Below, piece by piece: positions 11,010-26,186 of a DNA stretch of 64,000 nt. Source of the stretch: Hormiphora californensis (lineage: Eukaryota; Animalia; Ctenophora); assembly GCA_020137815.1 (NCBI GenBank), contig CM035350.1:6386001-6450000 (forward strand). The letters run 5' to 3'. The position numbers were made by a program, and so were the translations under genes. Position 1 is the stretch's first letter, and each line of letters begins with the position of its first letter. The notes below the pieces were generated by a model that was not told where the DNA came from, searched no databases, and saw only the letters and a program-made list of their open reading frames with translations.

Positions 11010-12845
11010 TCACATCAGCACGTCCACCTTGACCTTATACCCGACACAGTTGCCCCCTCCCTGTAGACAAGAATCCACTGTCGTATCTGGCTGCATGCAC
11101 GTCTCAGAGTACGGGACAGCACAACCCACGACCTCAGCCCAACAGTTGTAATAGGGCCAATCGTAGTAAGTACACCTACATGCGGTACCGGCGGGTGCAG
11201 GACTAGACACCACGCACCCCTGCCTCTTCTTCTCGCACTGACATGTCTGGGGATAGGCCCCACAGGAGCCACCACCCTCCAGACAGCTGCTAATACTGGT
11301 ATCCGGGTCTGTACATGTAACTGCGTCATCGTGCCTACAGGACACAATGGTCCCCCTGCACGTCCACGCTCCCATGTAGTCACATCTACATGCAGTTCCC
11401 GCTGGGGCGGCTTTAGTTACCGTGCACCCTCCAGCTCCGTAGGTACACTCACAGGTCACATCGTTGTAACCCCCACAGTCACCCTTCCCTTGGAGACAAC
11501 TGTAGATGGACTTATCAGGGATGGAACAGTGGACTGAGAATGGATCCCGGCACTTGGTCACAGTTCCACTGCACATCCAAAACTCGTCGTAGGAGCACTG
11601 GCAAGCGTAGCCGGGTGGGGCAGGTGTGTACACGGTGCATCCCCCTAGAGAGTACTCACAGTCACATGACAACTCTGGCTTGTAGTAACCCCCGCAGTCT
11701 CCCCCACCTTGGACGCACGAGAATATGGATTTATCGGGGGTCTCACAGTGGTCACTCTCGTCCTGGTCACATCCCACCACCTGACCCGAACACGCCCAGG
11801 CGCCATCATAAATACACCGACAGGCACTGTAGGCGGGGGCAGGGGTGTAGATGTAACAGCCTCCTGCAGAGTAGCCACAGTCACAAGTTCCAATGTCTGT
11901 TATCGGCATGATGTCCATATCATATCCTCCGCTGTACACAATGGGTTGGGAAGGGGCGGTGAAGATCATGTTGGGGCGTGCCAGAGTTAGTCCCTTCCGG
12001 GCCACCCAGTCCAACATAAGGTGTATAAAGTTGGTGATCATGCCCCGTGCTCCAGCGATATAGTATTCCTCCCAGCTTGTCTCGCTGTCCACTGTCCAGG
12101 CAATCACATCGGAGAGGTAACCCCGTGCCTTGTTAACCGCTCCCAGGGTCGTATCCCAGTAGTACTGGGTGGGCGAGCAGGCAGTGAGGCCGATAGAGAA
12201 CATCTTATTAGGGTAGTCCAACTTGACCATCCTGTTTATTGCCCCGAGGGTGGTATCAAACATGTCATAGGTCACATAGATCTGTGAGATCCAGTTTGAT
12301 CGGAGTGCCCGGTCCACCACCGCATCTAGGTAAATATCAGAACCAACACCGATCAGGACCTTACCATGGTACCCCTTGCTAAACAACTCCCGTTCCATGG
12401 CCTCCACCACCTTCTCACCGGCCAGTGCCTGGACCCTGTCGGACAGTCCAGGGATCTTGCTGTCTATGTAGATCAGGGCCAGTCTATCCACTGCCTTGTC
12501 CGCCATTATAGCCCCAAACACCTTCTCATGTCGGACATGTCCGGTACAGACCCCATTAAAGTCACACACACTCCCCCCGAACATGTTGAGATAGCAGGTA
12601 CAATCACAGGGTAAACCATGGTGAGCAGTAGTCATCTCCCCTGTCTGGCCATGGAACTGTACATCAATCTCAATGGCATTCACACCGGATCTCAGGGCCC
12701 ATTTGGCAATCTGTGGGTTGTTCACCATATGGGCGATGACGTAGAAATCCCGGTTACCGGAAGCCCCATATCCCCCTCCCTCAACAGCCTCGTGACCAAT
12801 GGCCACGTGATACAGGGCTAGAAGTATCAGCAGATGAAGGTTCAT
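11010..12845 (-). CDS. Secreted GDPD-like sphingomyelinase D / phospholipase D (sicariid-toxin family) with four C-terminal 10-Cys repeats; coding region intronless
   Basis: Signal peptide MNLHLLILLALYHVAIG; catalytic motifs IAHMVN, NAIEID, HHGLPCDC, YIDSK, AWTVD, GMITN; four ~68-aa repeats CxC...GGC...AP...ACxC...WxC...C...C..PD...SC..GGGxCxxY. Confidence 0.92.
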   Translation of the reverse strand: MNLHLLILLALYHVAIGHEAVEGGGYGASGNRDFYVIAHMVNNPQIAKWALRSGVNAIEIDVQFHGQTGEMTTAHHGLPCDCTCYLNMFGGSVCDFNGVCTGHVRHEKVFGAIMADKAVDRLALIYIDSKIPGLSDRVQALAGEKVVEAMERELFSKGYHGKVLIGVGSDIYLDAVVDRALRSNWISQIYVTYDMFDTTLGAINRMVKLDYPNKMFSIGLTACSPTQYYWDTTLGAVNKARGYLSDVIAWTVDSETSWEEYYIAGARGMITNFIHLMLDWVARKGLTLARPNMIFTAPSQPIVYSGGYDMDIMPITDIGTCDCGYSAGGCYIYTPAPAYSACRCIYDGAWACSGQVVGCDQDESDHCETPDKSIFSCVQGGGDCGGYYKPELSCDCEYSLGGCTVYTPAPPGYACQCSYDEFWMCSGTVTKCRDPFSVHCSIPDKSIYSCLQGKGDCGGYNDVTCECTYGAGGCTVTKAAPAGTACRCDYMGAWTCRGTIVSCRHDDAVTCTDPDTSISSCLEGGGSCGAYPQTCQCEKKRQGCVVSSPAPAGTACRCTYYDWPYYNCWAEVVGCAVPYSETCMQPDTTVDSCLQGGGNCVGYKVKVDVLM

Positions 12846-13754
12846 GGTAAGATGTGTACTGTGCTCCCCCGGCATATCTCTTAAACGGTATAGAGGCACG
12901 TGAAGAGGTGCTAACTGAATGAGATTGTGTTAACTCACTTTACTTCACTAATTTCTTCATCACGTCCCCCTAGCTCTTAAAATTACTGAGTGTATCTTTC
13001 AGTGTCGGTGAGGGAGGAGTAGCACCAAATTAAAGTTTCGAGGAGCCCTTGTATCACCAACTGTGCCGCCATAACCGCCGTATATGATAGGGAGAAGGCC
13101 AACTATAAATCTGATATACTAATATATAACAATTCATAATACTGTGCCATTACATTTACAAACTGAGGGATTGGAAGCCTCTGAGCACATTTCGTTTGGA
13201 GATCAGCGTGGTGGGAAAAGTTCCTGCCATATCAGACAGCTCGCCGTCGCTAGAACCGGTAACCCTATACCTGCAGGGGTTAGAGATGGCGTTATGCTTT
13301 GTTGTTAACAAGTTATGCTAGAAGTAGAGCTAAGAGTAAGCAGTGAATTAAAGTTGGGGAATATATACATAACAGCATCCCAACAGCATACCTGTGACTG
13401 CACAAAATATGGCCCATCCTTGATCGAATATATTTGTTTGTTGACAGTACCCAAACTCCAGGCCAGATGCATTACTGGGACTGTGGATACTCAACTCACA
13501 GGATTCTAGCACACCGTCACACTGAGGGGAGGAACTGTTTAGGATGGTCTGGTACTGGTATCCCACCCCAAGTTGGGTTCTGTGTGGCAATAAATAAACT
13601 GCCCAAATTAATGATCGAGAAAGACAATTCTAATAAAATCGCCTCTATCGATCATATTTTTATACTGTCTGGCGCCGCCGACCCCATCTGAGCGCACTGT
13701 CAAATCAAATCGAGGTCTGGCACCGCCAGACAGACAACAATGTATAAAATGCTC

Positions 13755-13998
13755 ATCAAATCCCAATCAAAAATAGCCCTCGGCCTCACTGGAGTTTTAT
13801 GAAATTTCCACGGTCATTGCTTCACCCGCTGATGAGTTAATTGCGGTAAGGAAGATCATCATAATCATGTCGAGTTATTCCTAACCACAAAACTTCAAGT
13901 CTCTAACTCATCAGGAGGTGAAGCAATGTTCCCATGGGAAATTCCAAAATATCCCGAGTGAGGGCTATTTTTCAAAAATTTTTTGATTGGGGTTTCAT
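13755..13998. mobile_element. Imperfect palindromic MITE-like element
   Basis: Inverted arms: cccaatcaaaaatagccct...ttgcttcacc...ctgatgagtta versus taactcatcag...ggtgaagcaa...agggctatttt...ttgattggg. Confidence 0.6.
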
Positions 13999-14044
13999 CT
14001 AGGTGCTGACAGGCCCAGGGAAACAAACAAATTAAAATTTTTAA

Positions 14045-14105
14045 AACTAGAACTTTCTCTTCTGCCTGTTTTTAATAAAAACAGGCAGAAGAGAAAGTTC
14101 TAGTT
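14045..14105. repeat. Perfect 29-bp-arm hairpin with a 3-nt loop
   Basis: aactagaactttctcttctgcctgttttt-aat-aaaaacaggcagaagagaaagttctagtt. Confidence 0.9.
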
Positions 14106-15025
14106 CTACTTTTTTTAAATTAAAAATAAAGTAGGACTAGAAGTCACGTGACATAGAGTTTGCCTCACACACCTGTTTTGAAGCGGTGCAGAAGTCTCCC
14201 ACCTCCCCGATTACTAAATAGGGCACCAGGAGCTGTAGTAATAAAGAGCAGATCATCAGATCATAAAACATGGATCTTGAAACGTATTGAGGGAGATTTT
14301 AAAGGGGTAGATTTTAAAATGGCGAGGTGAAGGGAGGATATAATTGAATTTGATGAGCACAAAATAATGATCCTACTGCTACATGGACCTGGTGCCGCCA
14401 AACAGATGCACCTGGATCCCATAAATATATTACCGACAAGTTATACATTCACATTGCCAGGCCACGCGGTCAATATATAACGTTGTTTCTCATGAGGGAA
14501 TGGGGCAACACACATATTAAGCAAGGGAATGAAAATGAATTTCTCATAATGCAATGGGATACAACAGATAATCTTATCCGACATATATGGACGACTTGCA
14601 AAGTGGAATTTGAAAAGCTCCTTTTAGTTCAAAACGATAAATTCTATCGATATTAGCCATTATAATGTGTGTGTTATTCTACCGGTCTACTGCTGCAGGT
14701 GCAGTGTACCTACTGCAGCAGCAGTCGGCCCGTAGAATACCACACACACTATAATCCATCCAGCCCCCGGGTGAAAGCAATGCTACTATTCCTAATATTC
14801 TCTGCCTTCTTCTACTTATAGAGAGGGCGAGAGATTAAGAGAGGGAGAATTACAAATTGAGAACCTCTCAAAATTAAAGTAGAGTACTGCTGTTGGCTCT
14901 GATAACGTTTAAAGACATGAAAACGAGACAGCTACAAAATGAAAACATACAATTGCAATGACCCCTTACTCAACAAGCAATAACCGGAAGTTGAAATGAA
15001 AGTTGCATGGTGTGATCAAGAACTC

Positions 15026-15084
15026 CTGTCTGGCGGCGCCAAACCCCGTTTTGATTCTCAGATCGGGTCGGCGCCGCCAGACAG
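15026..15084. mobile_element. Short hairpin repeat family (TGTCTGGCGGCGCC...GGCGCCGCCAGACA); related copies at ~13666-13733, ~51072-51105 and ~59442-59490
   Basis: Shared terminal inverted motif and gatcgggtcgg core in several places. Confidence 0.6.
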
Positions 15085-15463
15085 GATAACTCCTGGCTCT
15101 AGTTGTTGAGTAATGGGCGAGAGACTCCACAAGGCGAAATCATAGTTACTCAAAAACGAAATCGTTGTATTGGTAATTATTTGGCAATGGCATTGGCAGC
15201 GAAGCGTACAGGGGATAGCGTTTGTTTTGTTCAAACCTTTTTATTTTATTTTATAAAAAAAAGCCTCCTCTCCGTCGCGGGGAGGGAGGGTCGAACAAGG
15301 CAAGATAGCGTGGCGTGCCCAAGGTAATTATGGACAAATTTTCCATAAAAGGATATAAAAAGATATACACGATATTTCATTCTTGATTCTCCCTGGCAGC
15401 GTGGCATGAGGAGAAGCGAGAAATAGAGAGAGAGAGAGAGAAGGAGAGAGATAGAGAGAAAGG

Positions 15464-15554
<91 letters not shown>

Positions 15555-15921
15555 TGAAAACTTTGTGGGCGAGGACTGAGAACTACATCTTACTTTAACA
15601 TACACGACGTCTCATTCCTAAGCTAAAAGAAGCAGATCTGCCGACAGAGAGAAGACCAGAAGCAGAAGATTATCAAGCAATTATCTACTGAGCCATTTAT
15701 CACTGTCAGTCATACTATTATAAATTCACCAGTCTTACCACATATCCAATTATTGGTAGACTACTTAAAAGACAGTACATAGAGATCTACTGTCAGAGCA
15801 TTGGCCTGACCCATTCTCGCTTCTCTCAAATAAGGCGGAGCGCGCGAGAACTGTGGTCAGAGCATTGGCCTGACAGGAGATCTAGAATATATTCTCTGGT
15901 CGATGCAGCCGACAGCCACGC

Positions 15922-16051
15922 AGAGAAGCTGGAGAGAAAAGAAGCTGAAGAGAAGAGATTAGAGAAGCTGGAGAGAAAAGAAGCTGAAGAGAAGAGATTA
16001 GAGAAGCTGGAGAGAAAAGAAGCTGAAGAGAAGAGATTAGAGAAGCTGGAG
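15922..16051 (+). repeat. 39-bp tandem repeat x3.3 (reads EKLERKEAEEKRL on +)
   Basis: agagaagctggagagaaaagaagctgaagagaagagatt repeated exactly. Confidence 0.85.
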
Positions 16052-16118
16052 AAAAGGGACGGGGGAGACATCATAAACTTCAACCCATGACTCTCCTAAC
16101 TAACAGTACACTGTACAG

Positions 16119-16227
16119 CAGGAACCGACCGAAACAAGTAAACAGCCAATCAGAACTCGCTATTTAGGTCACGTGACTGGTTATCAGCCAATCAAGGACC
16201 AGTATTTCCTGATTCGGTCGATTCCTG
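16119..16227. mobile_element. 109-bp hAT-type MITE, 8-bp TSD CTGTACAG
   Basis: TIR CAGGAACCGACCGA / TCGGTCGATTCCTG flanked by identical 8-mers; second copy at 34172-34280. Confidence 0.88.
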
Positions 16228-16717
16228 CTGTACAGGTTGTAACAACTGCAACTAGTGGACATTAACTTAGTACATTATCTCTTTTAGGAACTATTACAAT
16301 TATATTTCAAAGTTTCACGTGCCGTGGAACAGACTATTAGAACTCCAAACTAACATCCCCCGTTCAAGTATTGGCTAGTTTCCACCATACCCTTCTCACC
16401 CCCACGACCCACGTTGTTGAGTAAGGGGATACTCAATAAATCCCATGCCTCAAGTGATGGCGGACGTGTGGTTCAATCAAGATCAAATATGGTGTTGGAA
16501 AACCGGTTGAAAACTTAAAAACTCTCATATAACGATGGTTCGGAAATAAATTAGAATAAAAATAGTTCACGTTTCAGAGGGTCTATCTCAAAAACACACA
16601 CACATAACACGCGTCGTATAAAAATATAGTTCTCTCCAGACTCCAGACTGCTGTTACTAGACAATAAAATGGAGAGGAGTTGATCTAAGCACAGAGTTCG
16701 GTATTAAATACAGTCCT

Positions 16718-21190
<4,473 letters not shown>

Positions 21191-21493
21191 GGCTACTAGT
21201 AAGAGGGTATGGTTAGAACTACAACTATGTAGTATGGCTGATATACACCATCCTTTTACTATAATAAAAACTGGGGTGATAAGAAAAATGTTCTGGAAAC
21301 CAGATGCAAGAAGAGAGAAGGGGAGGTTGAAATTTAATACAAAGGTGGGTTTATATCAATTGTGTTAAACGCATTCAATGTACAGATCTACTGCTTTATA
21401 ACTGAGATAGTCAATATCATGAAAACGAAATATATCAAACATCAAATACACACTCCACACAAACATTCAACTTAACAAAAATACTCCCACAAA

Positions 21494-22631
21494 TCAATCA
21501 TCTTTCCGGGCTTTCCTTCTCGTTGTTCCGGATTTTTTCTTTTTCCTCTCTTCCTTTTCCAACATTTGCACGTACTTGTAGGTTAGGCCACCGCTTAGCA
21601 GCAATAGCGGTGTGATCACCATCAACAAACTGGAAATAAGAAGTTTTGGACAAATAGAAAATTGTTAAAATTAGCAGGATGAAATATCTCGCCTCGAATT
21701 GTAGGGTAAGCTGGGGTAAAATGGCCCACGGGGTAATGTGGCCCATGTATGGGGCAAAGTGGCCCTAGTAATAACATGTGGTCACGTGACTTTTTCTCCA
21801 GCGGAGACCTGCTCGTTCTGTTCCGAATTTTCGCTTTAAAACTGCTGTCATTTCTGTTTGGGTTGGCCGATTTTAATTTTGCAAAAACTGCCAGTTAGGC
21901 TTTATAATTCTCTAAAACATGGTATAAAAATTTTGAAGAAATTGGCATTTTTTTGTCAATTTTGTAAAAACGGGGCAAATATGGCCCATTCTCCGGGACA
22001 AAGTGGTCCGGTCTGGGGCAAAGTGGCCCACCTCTATCCTCTAGGACCAATGAAATGGCGCCTGCAATACCACGTGACATTGGAATGCACTGGGGCAAAG
22101 TGGTCCAGAACAAAAATGTAGTCCAGACGGTCAAATTAGGGACAAATTGGCCCATGTTCCGGTGCATAACATGGGCCACTTTGCCCCTGATTTGATCGTT
22201 TCTCTAACAACACCAGGCACGTGATAAAATCGAGCAATGCTATTGGCTTGGGCCACTTTGCCCCGGTGCAAATTTTCCAAAAAAAAGCCTCACCAAATTA
22301 TTTGAATTGATTAATTAAAACTTGTAGATTTTAAAATTTAGCTCGGCTGAAAGGAAAAGGTTTCATTGGATAGCCTATATTTTTTCTTCCTGCTGTAGAA
22401 ATTGCGTATTTTAGAACCTAAAACGTTAATGTGCGACCAAATGTAACGTTACCATGTATGTAGCGTTACGGCATTCACCCGGGTGGAGAAATTAAGAAAT
22501 ATTGGTTAGATCAGCAGAATTCAGTACCTTACAAAGAAATCTTTGGGATCTTTAGCAATGTATATGACCAACTCCTTCATGTACCCATCTGCCCATTCCT
22601 TCCACGTCTGCTCAACTATTTCCTCCGACAT
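21494..22631 (-). CDS. SMIM15: Small integral membrane protein 15 (UPF0542). Exons 22631-22528 and 21629-21494; missed by the ORF track
   Basis: Spliced translation MSEEIVEQTWKEWADGYMKELVIYIAKDPKDFFVSLLMVITPLLLLSGGLTYKYVQMLEKEERKKKKSGTTRRKARKDD matches the SMIM15 pattern AKDP..F...TPL, TM helix, basic tail. Confidence 0.85.
21701..22270. mobile_element. Element with multiple direct and inverted GGGGCAAAGTGGCCC subterminal repeats, in the SMIM15 intron
   Basis: Motif at ~21712, 21751, 21972, 22015, 22092; inverted at ~22173, 22250. Confidence 0.6.
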
Positions 22632-23216
22632 CTGATCTACCAAATAGAGGAATAACATTAGACGGACAATATCTAGTTAAGATCGGTGCAAGGGAGGCTG
22701 TCTACTTTCTCAAAAGTGCCGGAGTCGCAGCCCGCACATCGCTACGCTTGCTCCACCTCCCAGGGAGCGCTGACGGTGCTGGATTCATGAGGATGATGTA
22801 GGACATGCCAAGGAGAAAAATGTTAAAAATTATCCCGCAATGCCACTTGCCGCTTTGTCAAACTGGCGCTGGCCCCGCCCCCGGGATAAGGCAGCGCTTT
22901 TCAACTTGCCATTGGCAAACGCTGCTGGCGGGATAAGGCAGTGCGGGTCGCGGGATAAGGCAGTGCTATTCAACACTTTACTTGCCAGAGAAAACTTTGC
23001 GAAGGCCGAGATAAGAAAACTTGAAAGTTTTTGAAATTTTCAAACTTAAAATCGCGTGCATGAAATTTAGGCGCGCGGCGTTACTTAGCGGAGTAAAGCT
23101 TTAAAATTTTGCGCGCTACTGATATTGCAAACTCTAAAACCCAGGCCACGGCCACTCTGAAATTCAAACTTCAACTCGCTCATATCAAGATTCAAAACTC
23201 AAATTTTTGAAAAGCG

Positions 23217-23795
23217 TTGGAATGCGCTGCAGCCCCCTCATGCGCGCACCCCCGCAACGAGGGAATGCCGCGCGCGCGTTTGGCCTGAGCTCAGGACGGG
23301 CCCGGCTGGGTCGAAGATAACTTTGCGAGCGAAAAAACGGCGGTGCTTATAACTTTGGCCCTTGAAATCCGTTTGACTTGATTCTTTCACTAGCTGTTAG
23401 ATCTGACAATTATCTACCTTGCTGTTTTTGAGAGAAGTAAATTGGACTTCAGGAGGCTGAGCAATAACCGTTCAAAGATGGGTTGTTTTCAAAAAGTGAC
23501 GTCACAGATCCCTGCAGGGACACTTTGTTTCAAATTTGAATTAAAATCTCGAATTTTTTTATTTTACCGCACTCGATTTTGCGGAGTTTGGTTCATATCT
23601 CCTGTTCCTGATAAGATAGAGACCTGAAACCGGTTGCATTTTAAAGCTGTTATCTTCCTCTTTCCAACGCTACCAAAACGATTTCTGTACCTTATCTGGA
23701 ACCGGAGATATGATTGTTTATGTATTCCCCCCCCAGCGCGGTATTCCCTCCAGGCCCCTTATATTATATTATAAGGGGCCTGCAACGTATGCCAA
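23217..23795. mobile_element. Non-autonomous Mutator-like element, 9-bp TSD TGAAAAGCG
   Basis: Imperfect TIR TTGGAATGCGCTGCAGCCCC / GGGGCCTGCAACGTATGCCAA; second near-identical copy at 35950-36536. Confidence 0.85.
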
Positions 23796-24024
23796 TGAAA
23801 AGCGCTGCCTTATCCCGCGCCTTTAAAATTTTGCGCGTTACTGATATTGCAAACTCTAAACCCACGGCCACTCTGAAATTCCAAATAAAAACATAAAACT
23901 TCAACTCGCTCAAGTTTCAAAACTCAAATTTCAAAAATTGAAACTGTCGGGCTTTTTGTAAAGCGCTGCCTTATCCCATTACTACGGGGTCTGTAGCATC
24001 GAACGGGCATCCTATTTTTTCCCT

Positions 24025-24215
24025 GCCCGGGTGAATGCCGAAGGCATTCACCCGGATGATCTTTTTAGCACGCACGTGCTAAAAAGATCATTCAGGGTTT
24101 AGAAATCAGCAGATCGCGGAGTTAACTAAAAGTGTCCGTCCGTCCGTCCACCGTTACACATAGTAACAAAGTCTGCTCCTTCATAAAACTTTCAGCTCAC
24201 ACTTTGTTGATGCAT
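24025..24215. mobile_element. Possible DINE-1/Helentron-like non-autonomous element fragment
   Basis: Two adjacent hairpins (ccgggtgaatgccgaaggcattcacccgg; atgatctttttagcacgcacgtgctaaaaagatcat), a (GTCC)n microsatellite, a matching inverted motif at ~22469, and related sequence at ~53380-53420. Confidence 0.45.
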
Positions 24216-25560
24216 CAAAGAAAATTATTAACACACACTGTGGCGCGCAATTACTCACTCGTAACACTTCCTACTTTCACCTGAAATCACTTTGGGTACT
24301 CTACAGCCGTACCATGACGTGGTAGCAAGTCTTCTAAGCATGAAACTACTTACTATTATTATCACACAATAATTGTAAGTGACTGGAGTTAAGATGAGGG
24401 TAAATTTGAAGCACTTGGTAACCAACTAGGGTCTCCTAAGCAACTGTCTTGGTTATCATAGCAACTACCTTGGTTACCATAGCAACTGCTTTGATTAACA
24501 TAGCAACCACCCTGGATACCATAGCAACTAACAGTAACATCGTATCAGCCAAAAATTGCTCTTTGAGGGCAAAATTCATCGGGAAATCCAGTTTTGAAGC
24601 TTAGTCATCAATTTTACACCCATCTGGGGCAGGGAAACACCGCATTATGAATACATAATGCAATAATTCTTGTTCTGTTGCATGTACGTCTCAACTCTCA
24701 TTACAAGAATCAAGAGACAAAAGTACTCGAAACCCTGTATCTCTGTCCTCTAAAAAGCGTCTGCGGTTGTTCGATCCAACCCTTACCCAAGAAATCAGCT
24801 AGATGGCAAGAAACTGAATATAATATGGGATAACTCACATCCAGATAACGCGAGCAATAAGTGTTATAATCAGTGATAAACTCGAATATCCTAGCCTGCA
24901 CGATTCGTGTAATTGCAACCCGTAAATAAGGGGTCAAGAGTCCAGGAGACTTAAAGGTGACATGCAAGAGATTCACAGGAATCTGGCTGAACTACCACTG
25001 AATGAGATGACAACAGGAGACAAACCGATACCAAGCATGATTCATGGATTCACCCCCGTCACCTGTGATACTGGGAGTCTCCTGCTCTCTGTATCTCTCA
25101 CTATCCAACATGAATATCACGTTTGATATCAGCGTTTATCCTGTTTTAACTGGTTGCTTCCCTCTCATGCTGTGGTGAGCCTTCTTCTTCTTCTTTTTCT
25201 TGGAGGCCGTCTCCATTGGTTGAGATTAAGGGTTGGAACCATAGAGTTTCCTTTCCCCAGCCTGGTTAGCCTCCTCTGTGTCTCTTTAAGGTCTTTTAAC
25301 TTTTGTGGGTCCTGGTTACTTTGTACGTGCTATCCATGCGGTCCATTACCCAATAGGACAAGGTATTCGTTGTTAGATTTATTAAGAATTATTCTAACTA
25401 CATAATCCCTAATCTGTGCAAGTGATGGATGTACTCCATATTCCATACTTAGTTAGGTTAACAAATCCCTAGCCTTGCGAGAGAGTCTGAACCCGTGTTT
25501 GTATTAATTGTTATAGATACGAGAGTTAACCAATTGACACCTTTGTTAGGTGGGGAGGGC

Positions 25561-26143
25561 ATGACTCGGTTTTCTGTGAAACCTGCGTCTGAGACGCCAC
25601 AGCCAGAGGACACAGAGGCAGCAGTAGCAGCCCCGATTTCCCCCGAAATTGATGTTACCCTTGAGATGGTTGAACCATCGCCCGTTTTAGCTCCCGAGGA
25701 GCCCGTGATTTTAAGAAAACCGAAATCCTGCACTAGCGGAAGCGGTCTTTTGCCTCCTGCACTGACCAGAAAGAAGTACGATTTGATGAGAGTAAACTAG
25801 GTGAGTCTTGCGTAACCAGTAATGTAACCGATTATCGATTTTAACGAGATAAATGATCGAGTCTCGAGGGGTAAGAGACAGAAAGAAGATGCATGTACAC
25901 GTTTGTATAATACAGTACAATACATTCTGACCGCTGCTGGCTTGGAAATTGCTAATGACGCAACGACAGCTGCAATAGCTTTCCACGCCCAATTGCCAGT
26001 GAGGGAGAGCCAATTTGGAGACACATGTGGGATAGAGTGGAGATACAAATAGAATAGGGGAGGAAGTGATAGACTCCGCGGTTCGCCGGTTCGTCGGTAC
26101 TTGGTTGAGAGGGAGAGAGAGAGAGATAGATGCGTGAGAGAGA

Positions 26144-26186
<43 letters not shown>

